From NCBI GenBank assembly GCA_964538855.1, contig CAZIEY010000001.1, positions 18,811 to 82,810 on the forward strand: a DNA stretch of 64,000 nucleotides, read 5' to 3'. The translations under genes and the position numbers were made by a program. The notes under the pieces were generated by a model that was given only the letters and a program-made list of their open reading frames with translations, was not told the DNA's origin and searched no databases. Below are positions 10,184-21,186 of this stretch, piece by piece (within the stretch, counting starts at the first letter, position 1; every line of letters starts with the position of its first letter). Origin of the DNA: an uncultured Candidatus Saccharibacteria bacterium. Lineage in GTDB: Bacteria; Patescibacteriota; Minisyncoccia; Phycocordibacterales; JAACPR01.

Positions 10184-11217
10184 ACAAGCAAAAATTGCAA
10201 GTATATTTTTTATTAGCTGCCCTAGTCGGATCCGCTATTATCTCTTTTTTGATCTTCAAACCCTTTATCTACGCACTCATCCTCGCCGTCGTCGTTGCTA
10301 CAATTTGTGCACCAATTCATGATCGGATTTTAGCCCGCATCAAACAAAGGAACGGAATGGCGGCAATCATTTCCACCCTACTCGTTTTAGTTATTGTCAT
10401 TATCCCTCTCTCGCTTCTCGGCACGCAAATTTTTAAGGAAGCAGGTTCAGTCTACATATACCTCACAAGTGACGAAGGTTCCCACATCATCGCATCTGGC
10501 ACCAATCACACCCTAGACGTATTACGCCAAACATTTCCTGCGCTACGCGACGTCACCATTAACGTCAATCAATACGCGCGAGATTTTTTGAGTTGGCTTT
10601 TACCATATTGGGGTTCACTCTTCTCAAACATTCTAAAGATTTTAATGAGCACATTCATATTCCTCCTCGCACTCTACTATCTATTCAAAGATGGTACAAA
10701 ATTACGTTCAAGTGTTACTTTGATCAGTCCGCTCGAAGACAAATACGACGCACTCATTTTTGCAAAAGTAGGACGAGCTATCAATTCGGTCGTGAAAGGA
10801 AATCTGATTGTTGCCATGATTCAAGGCGCACTCACTTGTATTGGCTTTCTCATTTTTGGAGTCCCGAGCGCCGTGTTATGGGGTAGCGTCGCAGTAGTCA
10901 CCGCAATCATCCCTGGAGTTGGAACAGCTCTTGTCGTCATCCCTGCGCTTGTCTATCTTTTCCTCTCTGGCCACATCATCGCATTTGTCGGTCTTTTGAT
11001 TTGGGGAATTGTGGCAGTCGGATTGGTTGATAATATTCTCGGACCACACCTCGTCGAAAAAGGAATTCAAATTCATCCGTTTCTCATTCTGCTTTCGGTG
11101 CTCGGAGGTCTCGCCCTCTTTGGCCCTCTCGGATTTTTGATGGGTCCGATTATTTTAAGTCTTCTCTTTACTCTTGCACAAATTTATTCTGACATCGTGA
11201 ACAAAGAAAACATATGA
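10180..11217 (+). CDS. AI-2E family transporter (PerM/YhhT-like, UPF0118)
   Basis: Polytopic membrane protein with AI-2E-like blocks. The track ORF begins at 10087 but its first 31 codons overlie the terminator and uORF, so the ATG at 10180 (MNKQKLQVYFLL) is chosen. Confidence 0.75.
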   Translation: MNKQKLQVYFLLAALVGSAIISFLIFKPFIYALILAVVVATICAPIHDRILARIKQRNGMAAIISTLLVLVIVIIPLSLLGTQIFKEAGSVYIYLTSDEGSHIIASGTNHTLDVLRQTFPALRDVTINVNQYARDFLSWLLPYWGSLFSNILKILMSTFIFLLALYYLFKDGTKLRSSVTLISPLEDKYDALIFAKVGRAINSVVKGNLIVAMIQGALTCIGFLIFGVPSAVLWGSVAVVTAIIPGVGTALVVIPALVYLFLSGHIIAFVGLLIWGIVAVGLVDNILGPHLVEKGIQIHPFLILLSVLGGLALFGPLGFLMGPIILSLLFTLAQIYSDIVNKENI

Positions 11218-11684
11218 AAACAAACATCACATGGGTAGTTGCACTTATTGTTATTATTCTCGGATTCTGGGCTTATTCAAAAAATCAACAAACGATCGTG
11301 GTCGAAGCTCCGACTGTGACCGAAACTACTACTGAAACTGCCACATCAACCAAAGATCTTTCCGATTTGATTGTTGTGACGACACCTGTTGCAAACGCCA
11401 CATCGAGCGTCACAAACCCAATGGAAATTACCGGCAAGGCTCGCGGTTTCTGGTTTTTTGAAGCTTCATTCCCTGCAAAAATTGTTGATGCGAACGGGGC
11501 CGAGCTCGCTGTCTTCTCGATCGAAACAACTGACGAATGGATGACGACTGAATTTGTGAATTTTAGCGTGGTAGTTCCGTTTGCGACTTCTACAACAGCG
11601 ACAGGCAGCCTGATTTTACAAAAGAGCAATCCAAGCGATTTGCCGGAAAATGCGGCGGAGTTGGTGATTCCAATTGTGTTTTAA
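11214..11684 (+). CDS. Gmad2 immunoglobulin-like domain protein
   Basis: N-terminal transmembrane segment. ITGKARGFWFFEASFPAKIVDANG matches the Gmad2 Ig-like domain pattern. The start overlaps the upstream gene's stop by ATGA. Confidence 0.55.
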   Translation: MKTNITWVVALIVIILGFWAYSKNQQTIVVEAPTVTETTTETATSTKDLSDLIVVTTPVANATSSVTNPMEITGKARGFWFFEASFPAKIVDANGAELAVFSIETTDEWMTTEFVNFSVVVPFATSTTATGSLILQKSNPSDLPENAAELVIPIVF

Positions 11685-11711
11685 TGAGAGTTTTTTAGTG
11701 TTATAAAATAA

Positions 11712-11897
11712 GTAGAGCGCTGAGGTGGCCGGCGCTAGAACTGACCCAGGCCCTGACTAGGAAAAGATTGTCTCCCACGCTCGCCCAACCAGGCACCGCG
11801 TACCAATCTTTCTTAGTTGCATTGAAGGAGACGACACATCTCCTTCAATGATATAATGCATCAAGGCCCGGCGGAAATTACACCGTCGGGCCTCTTT
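11712..11897 (+). ncRNA. Candidate structured RNA in GC-elevated intergenic DNA (unclassified)
   Basis: No ORF. There is a perfect hairpin cattgaaggaga...tctccttcaatg at 11820-11850. A terminator ggcccggcgg/ccgtcgggcc with a T-run lies at about 11863-11900. A possible -10 TATAAAAT lies upstream. Confidence 0.25.
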
Positions 11898-11903
11898 ATA
11901 TTT

Positions 11904-12620
11904 TTAGATAAACTCTAGAGTTAGATACCTCTTTCTCTCACTACTAGAAAACCTCTCTATTGCGTATCGCAACATTGTACGCGGCATGTTGTGTGCGTGC
12001 AGTTTCAAAAATGTAACGAGTGTTTTTTCTGACTTCTTGCCCACTTCGCGCAACATCCAACCGGTGGCTTTGTGAATTAAGTCGTGCGAATCGCGCAACA
12101 GAATTTTGGCGAGGCGAAGTGTGTCCTGATATTGTCCTTCACGAATTAAAGTTTGCGTCGCAACAATTGCCACGCGACGTTCCCAGATATTTTCAGAACG
12201 TACCAATTTATAGAGAATTTTTCGGTCGGCCAATTTTTTATCTACGAGCCACGCGCCGAGAATGTGTGGCGCAGATGTATCTACCAAATCCCAATTATTA
12301 ACGCGGTGTAAATTTTTTAAATAAAATTTAACGATGTTGCGGCGGCTCGAATCGTGAGGGGCGCGTTTGAATTGGATGGCTAGAATCTCGAGCGCGGTAA
12401 AACGATGCTCATGGATTTTGCTTTTTAAGAGAAGTGAAATATCAGCGAGCGATGCGTCTTGAAATTTTACAGCGATTTTCCGTTGTTCCGGCACCGTCAC
12501 ACCAATAAAAATATCACCCGCACCATATTGGCCTGGAGCGGTTTTGAAAAAGCGAGCACAATTGTGTGCTTTTTGTTTGCTCGATATATTCGATAGAGAT
12601 TTGACTATTTCCCGTACCAT
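11904..12620 (-). CDS. DNA alkylation repair enzyme, AlkD/AlkC-like HEAT-repeat glycosylase
   Basis: FFKTAPGQYGAGDIFIGVTVPEQRKIA and the helical-repeat architecture are typical of the DNA_alkylation (AlkD) family. Confidence 0.75.
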   Translation of the reverse strand: MVREIVKSLSNISSKQKAHNCARFFKTAPGQYGAGDIFIGVTVPEQRKIAVKFQDASLADISLLLKSKIHEHRFTALEILAIQFKRAPHDSSRRNIVKFYLKNLHRVNNWDLVDTSAPHILGAWLVDKKLADRKILYKLVRSENIWERRVAIVATQTLIREGQYQDTLRLAKILLRDSHDLIHKATGWMLREVGKKSEKTLVTFLKLHAHNMPRTMLRYAIERFSSSERKRYLTLEFI

Positions 12621-14110
12621 TATTTCATCAAACTCTCCCCTGTCATTACTTTTGGCTTTTTCAACCCCATCAATTCAAGCACAGTTGGAGCCAAATCTGA
12701 CAACGCACCATCACGCATTGTAATTCCTTCTTTTGTCACAATGCATGGCACAAGACTTAATGTATGCGCCGTATGTTTATCACCTGTCACCGGATCCACA
12801 TTCAATTCGGCGTTTCCATGATCAGCAGTAATCACCGCGACTCCTCCGTGCGCCAGCAGCGCTTCGACAAATCGTTTCAAGTTTACATCCATCACTTCAA
12901 TCGCCTTTTTAATCGCAGGCACATTCGCAGTATGACCGACCATGTCGGGATTTGCGTAATTAATAAAAACAAAATCAACGCCAGCTTCGAGTCGCTTAAT
13001 CGCCTCATCGGTAATTGCTTCGGCGCGCATTTCAGGCGCTTCATCATGAGTCTTCACGTCCTTTCGACTCGCGAGCATCACATGTTCCTCGCCTTTGTGA
13101 GGCTCTTCTTTTCCACCATTCAAAAAGTATGTCGCGTGTGGAAATTTTTCGGTCTCAGCAACGTGCGCCTGTGTTAAACCTGCAAGTGAAATTTCATTCG
13201 CAAGCGTCGTTTCAATCGAATTCGGCGTAAACACCACATGGCAATCAAACTTTTTATCATACTCGGTCAATGTTGCGACGCACAATTTTTTCTCAACTTT
13301 TTGTTCAAGCAATTTTGAAAGCAACATTCGCGCGCGGTCTGCCCGAAAATTCATCACGATGATGCCGTCATTGGCTGCGATTTCACTTCGAGCTATCACG
13401 AACGGTTCAATATGTTCGTCAGTCTTACCAGCTTCGTGCTGCTTTTTAATTTCAACAAGCGCATCAGTAGTCAATGCAGTTGTATCACCCACAGAAATCA
13501 ATTTCATAAACCGTTCCATTCGATCCCAATTATTATCACGATCCATCGCGTAATATCGTCCAGCAATTGTTGAAACGAATACATTACCTGTTGCAATTTT
13601 TTGAATTTCAGCCACCGCATGAAGTGCATCATACGGACCCGAATCGCGACCGTCTGTAAAAAGATGCAAAGCCACGCGAGCAATATTTTGTTCTTGAGCT
13701 AATTTTACCAGCGCCAAAAAGTGTTCCTGATGAGCATGAACACCACCTTGCCCCACCAACCCCATTACATGCAACGTTGAATTGTGTTGTTCGACATGTT
13801 TGAAGACTTTTTCAAATACAGGATTCGTATCAAATTCCCCATTTCGCACCGCTTTTGAAATTCGCACCAAATCCGTATCAATCGTTTTCCCAGCACCAAT
13901 TGTCATGTGACCAATTTCGCTGTTACCAACCTGACCCGCTGGCAAACCAACTGCCTCTTCGCCCGCCTTCAATAAACTGTGTGGATATTTTTTCCAGAGC
14001 GCATCAAAAAAATCCTTTTTCGAGGCAGCAACCGCGTTATGTGTCGTGTCTTCACGATATCCAAATCCGTCGAGAATTATTAAAGCTACTTGTGGTTTTT
14101 TTGCTGTCAT
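12620..14110 (-). CDS. gpmI: 2,3-bisphosphoglycerate-independent phosphoglycerate mutase
   Basis: 496 aa. N-terminal ALIILDGFGYRE... and metal-binding blocks match iPGM. Confidence 0.92.
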   Translation of the reverse strand: MTAKKPQVALIILDGFGYREDTTHNAVAASKKDFFDALWKKYPHSLLKAGEEAVGLPAGQVGNSEIGHMTIGAGKTIDTDLVRISKAVRNGEFDTNPVFEKVFKHVEQHNSTLHVMGLVGQGGVHAHQEHFLALVKLAQEQNIARVALHLFTDGRDSGPYDALHAVAEIQKIATGNVFVSTIAGRYYAMDRDNNWDRMERFMKLISVGDTTALTTDALVEIKKQHEAGKTDEHIEPFVIARSEIAANDGIIVMNFRADRARMLLSKLLEQKVEKKLCVATLTEYDKKFDCHVVFTPNSIETTLANEISLAGLTQAHVAETEKFPHATYFLNGGKEEPHKGEEHVMLASRKDVKTHDEAPEMRAEAITDEAIKRLEAGVDFVFINYANPDMVGHTANVPAIKKAIEVMDVNLKRFVEALLAHGGVAVITADHGNAELNVDPVTGDKHTAHTLSLVPCIVTKEGITMRDGALSDLAPTVLELMGLKKPKVMTGESLMK

Positions 14111-14147
14111 ATGATATGTATCATAGCAAATTCACAAAAATTAAAAA

Positions 14148-14176
14148 ACCGCGGGTGCCCATTCCGCGGTTGAAAC
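14148..14176. terminator. Bidirectional terminator hairpin
   Basis: aaccgcgg...ccgcggtt flanked by A and T runs. Confidence 0.5.
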
Positions 14177-14184
14177 CAGTGCCG

Positions 14185-14724
14185 TCATTTAGCAACGGTG
14201 GTTTGAGGTACTACAACCATCTCCAATTGCTTAACCAATGCTTTGATTGCAAAACGATTGAATGTTTCGTAATATGCCTCATCACCGGAATCTTTTATAG
14301 CATGCCACACATCCATGAAACTGGGCACAATCAAGTACACTTCGGGGTACTTATCTTTCTCTAGAGTGAACTGCGTCAAAGCAAATTGATTCGTGTGACG
14401 CACTTGAGAAAAACAGTACACTATTGGGTACTCGTACACATCTCGGACGCGCCATTCCAAATCTTTGTAGTAATTGGCAATGCCACGTGAATCTTGGCCA
14501 CGCAACCTATGCAAAATCCTTACGAGATGATTTGTGGCGAATTCTCCAATGTCTTCAACCTCATAATCATCACACGTAACCTCGTAATTGAAATTGATTG
14601 TGTGAATCTCGGAGCGTATTTTTTCAATACGATCTTGTGCTTTTTCGCATTTGTGATCCCAGAACGTGAAGGTGCCAAGAATCACGACAGCCGCAAGTAG
14701 CCATTTCGTCATTGACGGGTTCAT
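14185..14724 (-). CDS. Hypothetical membrane-anchored protein
   Basis: 179 aa with an N-terminal transmembrane segment. No recognisable domain. Confidence 0.5.
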   Translation of the reverse strand: MNPSMTKWLLAAVVILGTFTFWDHKCEKAQDRIEKIRSEIHTINFNYEVTCDDYEVEDIGEFATNHLVRILHRLRGQDSRGIANYYKDLEWRVRDVYEYPIVYCFSQVRHTNQFALTQFTLEKDKYPEVYLIVPSFMDVWHAIKDSGDEAYYETFNRFAIKALVKQLEMVVVPQTTVAK

Positions 14725-14817
14725 AAAGCCTTCCTCCTGATGTAAACGGACTTATTATGCTGGACCTCCCAGCATTTCAATTCTTATATTACAACGTATT
14801 TTAATATATGGCAAATA

Positions 14818-14848
14818 CTTGACATATATTCTATATATGATACAGTAT
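14818..14848 (+). promoter_or_regulatory. Promoter TTGACA-N16/17-(TG)ATACAGT
   Basis: TTGACA at 14818. The leader is followed by an SD and a micro-ORF. Confidence 0.35.
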
Positions 14849-14881
14849 CAGGTGAGTGTACCCCCAAAAAGGAGAAATTGG

Positions 14882-14938
14882 ATGAAAATCGTCCGCGACA
14901 AGATGAGTCAACCGCTCGTGCACTTATGTTGCCCGTAG
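14882..14938 (+). CDS. Micro-ORF, 18 aa (MKIVRDKMSQPLVHLCCP)
   Basis: GGAG lies 7 nt upstream of the ATG. The ORF is immediately followed by a bidirectional terminator. It has its own promoter. Confidence 0.3.
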   Translation: MKIVRDKMSQPLVHLCCP

Positions 14939-14944
14939 CGGAAA

Positions 14945-14990
14945 AACACCCCCGTGCATGGCGCAGCGGCAGGGTGTTTTTTTACTTTTT
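14945..14990. terminator. Bidirectional intrinsic terminator shared by the micro-ORF (plus) and eno (minus)
   Basis: acaccc...gggtgt stem with A5 on the 5' side and T7 on the 3' side. Confidence 0.55.
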
Positions 14991-15008
14991 ATAAACTCCA
15001 ACAAAAGA

Positions 15009-16307
<1,299 letters not shown>

Positions 16308-16363
16308 TTAATCCACTTTTTAATAAGTTCACATTATACACGAACGGAGGTATAATTTACAAT

Positions 16364-17131
16364 ATGACACTACTTTTAATTACACTTGCGTTTGCAGTGG
16401 GTTTTAATTTGCTTTTATTCATTCCTGCGTTTGCGTGTAAGACTGACAAACTGACCGACATTTCGTATGGCCTGACGTTTTTTGTAATTGCGCTTGCGTT
16501 ATGTTTCAAAGTCTCTGCTGGTTCTGCACATCAATTACTCGCGCTCATGGTAATGGTGTGGGCGGCGCGGCTCGGCATATTTTTACTCGTCAGAATTTTC
16601 CGTCAGAAAAAAGACAAACGCTTTGATGGTATGCGCGAGGATTTTGTGCGCTTTTTCCGTTTTTGGTTATTGCAAGGCATATCAGTCTGGGTAATTTTGC
16701 TGCCGACAATTTTATTTTTTACTCATATCGGAGAAACTGCAGGTGTTGCAGGACTCCTTTCAATACTTGGATTTGTGGTCTGGGGTGTTGGCTTAATCAT
16801 CGAAACTATTGCTGACATACAAAAATTCCTGTTCAATCGAAATCCAGAAAATCACGGCAAGTGGATTGCGACTGGATTATGGAAGCGTTCTCGTCACCCG
16901 AATTATCTCGGTGAAATTTTAGTCTGGATTGGTGTGTATATTTTTACATTCCCGCTTTTGTCTACATTACAAGCCATCATCGCGCTCGTCTCACCAATCT
17001 TCATATTTGTGCTGTTGCGATTTGTTACGGGCGTACCATTGCTCGAAAAATCTGCTGATGCAAAATGGGGCGCCGATCCTGCGTACATCGAATACAAGTC
17101 AAAATCTGGTATACTGATGTTCAAGCTTTAA
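16364..17131 (+). CDS. DUF1295 / steroid 5-alpha-reductase-like membrane protein
   Basis: The SRHPNYLGE motif is present in a polytopic membrane protein. The gene is leaderless, with TATAAT 7 nt before the ATG. Confidence 0.7.
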   Translation: MTLLLITLAFAVGFNLLLFIPAFACKTDKLTDISYGLTFFVIALALCFKVSAGSAHQLLALMVMVWAARLGIFLLVRIFRQKKDKRFDGMREDFVRFFRFWLLQGISVWVILLPTILFFTHIGETAGVAGLLSILGFVVWGVGLIIETIADIQKFLFNRNPENHGKWIATGLWKRSRHPNYLGEILVWIGVYIFTFPLLSTLQAIIALVSPIFIFVLLRFVTGVPLLEKSADAKWGADPAYIEYKSKSGILMFKL

Positions 17132-17146
17132 TACATTCATACACAT

Positions 17147-18043
17147 ATGACATTCAAAGAACATATTCAAAAACACATGTCGCAAGAAATTCAGGCTGCT
17201 ATCTCACTTGTGATTATTGTTGGATTGATATATGTCTGGTGGGATACGCGTGATATACAAAATACTGCGGCTCATAATGACGCACAGATTGCGTCACTTA
17301 CAGAAAAAGTTACAACTCTTGAAGAAAATTTCAAAGCGCTTTCTGAAGATAACATCAATTTGTCCAATGCGCTCCAAGAAGCCACTGATGTTGCTGACTC
17401 TGTAAAAAGTCAGCTTAAAAAAATCGACAACACTGTTGATGACCTAGAAAAATTATCGAAAATAGATCCACAATTGCTTCAAAAGTATTCTAAAGTGTAT
17501 TTCTTAAATGAACACTTTGTACCATCAGGACTTTCAAACATTGATCCGGAATTCACAGCTGGCGGAAAACAAATTCAAATACATAATAAGGTCGCAAAAC
17601 ACCTTAATAAACTACTCGAGGATGCAAAAGATGATGGTTTATCATTGCGCGTTATATCTGGATATCGGTCTTTTGATACACAAAAAAATCTCAAAACAAC
17701 CTATAGCGTAATATACGGTGCAGGAACAGCAAATACATTTTCTGCTGACCAGGGATATTCAGAACACCAACTAGGAACTACAGTTGATTTCACCACTCCA
17801 TCAATCATGGGCACCGAAACAACTTTTGATCAAACACCTGAATTTGCGTGGCTTCAAAAAAATGCCAATGAGTACGGTTTTACATTATCATATCCAAAAG
17901 GCAACCCGTATTACATGTACGAGCCGTGGCACTGGCGTTTCGTTAGTCGTGATTTAGCAGAAGAATTGTATGATCGCAAGAAAGGTTTTTACGATTTGGA
18001 TCAACGTGAGATTGATACATATTTAGCAGACTTTTTTGATTAA
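17147..18043 (+). CDS. D-alanyl-D-alanine carboxypeptidase, VanY/M15B family
   Basis: SGYRSFDTQ, SEHQLGTTVDF and WHWRF Zn-peptidase blocks are present. It has an N-terminal transmembrane segment and a coiled coil. Confidence 0.8.
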   Translation: MTFKEHIQKHMSQEIQAAISLVIIVGLIYVWWDTRDIQNTAAHNDAQIASLTEKVTTLEENFKALSEDNINLSNALQEATDVADSVKSQLKKIDNTVDDLEKLSKIDPQLLQKYSKVYFLNEHFVPSGLSNIDPEFTAGGKQIQIHNKVAKHLNKLLEDAKDDGLSLRVISGYRSFDTQKNLKTTYSVIYGAGTANTFSADQGYSEHQLGTTVDFTTPSIMGTETTFDQTPEFAWLQKNANEYGFTLSYPKGNPYYMYEPWHWRFVSRDLAEELYDRKKGFYDLDQREIDTYLADFFD

Positions 18044-18485
18044 TATGAAGCCTGAATTTGACCCAGAATTTAAACCGGACCTGACCCCACAACAAATGCT
18101 TGAGTTAGGTATTTTTGGAGGATTGTATATGTCTGATAAACCACAAGAGTTCCCTCGCTCGTGGTTTACAAAAGCAAAATTATCCCCGGACGGAAAACGA
18201 CACGCTGATTTAAACTTCTTTAAGGTGAATGCAAGTCAACCACTGTCAGTATGGCAAGCAAAGGGTTGGATTCATCCAGATGATCCGCGCGGATGGTTTG
18301 AATGGTATTGTAAATATTTTCTAGGACGTCGCCACGCGGATGATACACGACAAATCAAACGATGGAAAGCAATGAAACGACACATCGCACAAATTGCTCA
18401 CAATTGTCGTGTCGGTGACTTAAATTGCCGACGCCGACAGCGACAAGCGCTTTTGCACTGGGCGTACGATAGTAGAAAGTTTTAA
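18036..18485 (+). CDS. Conserved hypothetical protein
   Basis: 149 aa. Trp-rich blocks GWIHPDDPRGWFEWYCKYFLGRR are present. No family is confidently recalled. Confidence 0.5.
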   Translation: MINMKPEFDPEFKPDLTPQQMLELGIFGGLYMSDKPQEFPRSWFTKAKLSPDGKRHADLNFFKVNASQPLSVWQAKGWIHPDDPRGWFEWYCKYFLGRRHADDTRQIKRWKAMKRHIAQIAHNCRVGDLNCRRRQRQALLHWAYDSRKF

Positions 18486-18547
18486 AATTAAGAATCACGC
18501 CCGCCAAGACAATTATTGATAAGGTGTAATTTTATTGGTTGCTGTGT

Positions 18548-18585
18548 AATTAGTGGAAAAGTCGGTCCGGAAAAAACCAGACCGA
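18548..18585. terminator. Bidirectional terminator
   Basis: agtcggtc...gaccgact flanked by A and T runs. Confidence 0.5.
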
Positions 18586-18890
18586 CTTTTGAAGAAAAAA
18601 GGGTGGCTCTGTCGATCAACTTTGGCTTTTCTTGAGCGCCAATCGAAGAGCCCAAACAAAACATGCCAAAATACCAGCACACCCAAAAAGGAATACCTCG
18701 TCCTTCAGTAAGGCCTGGTAATATTTGTTCATGTACAATATTCCACCTGTGCATACCGAGAAAAAAGTACCGCCGATAAAGATCACCTTCACGCGAATCT
18801 CCTGATTTGGCACGAACCTCCATGGTACGTCCGTGTAATAAACTATCTGTTATACATTAGAATGTCAACACCTTACACTCAGATATTGAA

Positions 18891-19691
18891 CTAGCACAAT
18901 GATCCAGGGTGCTCTGCGCTCCATTTATACAACACCACCGCAGCACTCGCCGCCGCATTCAATGATTCACATTTTGGATGCATTGGAATCGATAGTAGTA
19001 CGTCGCACGCTTCTTTTGTTTTTTCGCGCAAACCGCGCCCTTCATTACCGAGCACAAATGCTGTCGCCTTTTCAAATTTTTCGGCGTTGAGACTTTGCTT
19101 TGATTCACCATCCAAACCGTATACCCAAAATCCGCGCTTTTTCAAATCTTCAATTGTGTTATTTACGTTGCCAATAGAGACGAGCGGAATTCGAAATGCC
19201 ATACCGACAGAGACTTTGACCACTGTGCCGTTTACCGGAGCTTGATTATGTTCAGGAATAAGCACCGCTGACACACCAAATGCAGCAGCCGATCGAATAA
19301 CCGCACCGACGTTATGAGGGTCTTCTACTTCGCCTAAGATTAATACCGAAGTGTCCGGTGTCACGGCGAGAGTTCCAATGAATGAATCATATGATACAAC
19401 GAGTTCGCTCGCAAGAATGCGCGCAGCCATACCTTGATGTGTTGCACCTGATGGCAAATTATTCAAAATAGTTTTCGTATCGACTGACACAATTTTGATT
19501 TTGTATTCGTGCGCAATCTTTTTAGCACGGATAATTTCATCCTTTGCATCCACGTCATTTTCAATCAGAAAAATTTCTTTGACTGATTTTGGTCGGTGAA
19601 TTAACGCTTCACTTACCGCATGCTTTCCGTATATAAAAATATTTTTGAGGTCGCGTGCCATACAATAATTATAATTTAAGTTCTTCGTCAA
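18891..19691 (-). CDS. rlmB: 23S rRNA (guanosine-2'-O)-methyltransferase, SpoU/TrmH family (RlmB-like)
   Basis: SpoU motifs are present (EDPHNVGAVIRSA, FVLGNEGRGL, ESLNAA). Confidence 0.8.
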   Translation of the reverse strand: MTKNLNYNYCMARDLKNIFIYGKHAVSEALIHRPKSVKEIFLIENDVDAKDEIIRAKKIAHEYKIKIVSVDTKTILNNLPSGATHQGMAARILASELVVSYDSFIGTLAVTPDTSVLILGEVEDPHNVGAVIRSAAAFGVSAVLIPEHNQAPVNGTVVKVSVGMAFRIPLVSIGNVNNTIEDLKKRGFWVYGLDGESKQSLNAEKFEKATAFVLGNEGRGLREKTKEACDVLLSIPMHPKCESLNAAASAAVVLYKWSAEHPGSLC

Positions 19692-21114
19692 TGCGAATTT
19701 GTTTCAAAAATTCAGGAACGTGGCTGACAATAATCATCGCGCCTTTGTAATCGTGGAGCGCTTTTGCAATCACTGGCAAGTGGCGGAAATTAATGTGGTT
19801 TGTTGGTTCATCCAAAATCAAAAGTCCTGGTTTCAAGAGCACGAGCTGCGCAAATGCAACGAGACCTTTTTGCCCTTCTGACAAATCCCCAATTTTATTA
19901 CTCATCAAATCACGCGTAATCAAAAATCCAGCCGCGGTTGAACGCAACGTGTGTTCATCAGGCTTTTTCATCACTTTTTCAAGTGCATGATATACAGTAT
20001 CTTCGAAATTGAGCGTCGAGAAGTCCTGACGATAATATCCGACAACTACACCAGGAGCGATTTTAGCGCCTTCTGATTTTCCATCAGCGAGAGTTTCGAG
20101 CAACGTTGTCTTGCCGATACCATTTGGACCAGACAACATAAGGTGTTGATTTTTTCTCAAAGAAATTTTTGCTTTCTTTTGAACTACCTTGTGATTCTGC
20201 ATAATTGAATACGAGCTAATATTCATAATCTCGACAGGCAAATTATCTTGAGCAGGAATTTGAAATTCGCGAATCGTATGATCGTCTTTACGTTCATCAA
20301 CTTTATTTTCTTCCATTTCTTCAATTTCGACACGCAATTTTTTCGCAATCAAACGCATCTTACCTCCCTTTGCAGCGAAAAAGTTTACCTTGTCTTTATT
20401 GTCTTGAATCTTTTTATCATATTGCGCGTTTTTACGCTTTTCTTTTTCGATTCGCACCGCAATTTGCTCTACCACATCGAAATAGTTTCCGACGTATTGC
20501 TCGACCTGTTTGTTATACACGTTCAAATATAAAACGCCGTCCGTAAATGTATTCAGAAAGTCCGCATCGTGAGAAATTACAATAACTGTCTTTTTATACC
20601 CAAGCAAAAATTGTGTGAGATGTTCGATACCAGCTTTGTCCAAGTTATTTGTCGGCTCGTCGAGCAACAACAAATCAGGATTTTGAATGAGCGCTGATGC
20701 GAGCAAAAGGCGCGCCTGTTGACCACCTGAAAATGTCTTTATGATTTTATCGTGATCGGCATGCAAATTTACAATTTCAAGAACTTCATCAATTCGCGGA
20801 TCGATGTCATATACTTTTGTATCAAAACATTTTTGAAAGAATTCACGAACCGTGAGTGTCATATCGTCACGCGGAATAACTTGGCGTGCCATCGCAATCG
20901 ATAAATTTGGAGCTCGATGAATCACACCGTCACCGATTTCATATTCGCCTGTAATCATTTTGAAGAGCGTCGATTTACCCGCACCGTTTTGACCCATGAG
21001 CGTAATTTTAGAACCGCGACGTACATTGAAATTCGCCTCCTTTAAAATAGGTCGGCCTTCACCGTGATCGAATGACACGTCTTGAAATTTGAGTATTGAT
21101 TCGTTGCTTGACAT
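19669..21114 (-). CDS. ABC-F family ATPase (two tandem ABC domains, no transmembrane domain)
   Basis: Two Walker A motifs (GQNGAGKST and GPNGIGKTT) and two LSGGQ-type signatures. Confidence 0.8.
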   Translation of the reverse strand: MSSNESILKFQDVSFDHGEGRPILKEANFNVRRGSKITLMGQNGAGKSTLFKMITGEYEIGDGVIHRAPNLSIAMARQVIPRDDMTLTVREFFQKCFDTKVYDIDPRIDEVLEIVNLHADHDKIIKTFSGGQQARLLLASALIQNPDLLLLDEPTNNLDKAGIEHLTQFLLGYKKTVIVISHDADFLNTFTDGVLYLNVYNKQVEQYVGNYFDVVEQIAVRIEKEKRKNAQYDKKIQDNKDKVNFFAAKGGKMRLIAKKLRVEIEEMEENKVDERKDDHTIREFQIPAQDNLPVEIMNISSYSIMQNHKVVQKKAKISLRKNQHLMLSGPNGIGKTTLLETLADGKSEGAKIAPGVVVGYYRQDFSTLNFEDTVYHALEKVMKKPDEHTLRSTAAGFLITRDLMSNKIGDLSEGQKGLVAFAQLVLLKPGLLILDEPTNHINFRHLPVIAKALHDYKGAMIIVSHVPEFLKQIRIDEELKL

Positions 21115-21186
21115 TGACCCTGTATTTTGTCATAATTTGCTCGATTTAGCAAGGGCTTTCGCCACATTGCGACTCTCACAGAAACC

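Noticed and set aside
18488-18823. ORFs 18488..18823 - (111 aa) and 18616..18813 - (65 aa, GTG start)
   Set aside because: The 111-aa frame runs through a bidirectional terminator hairpin. The 65-aa frame needs a GTG start with no SD. Neither has recognisable features, so both were left unannotated.
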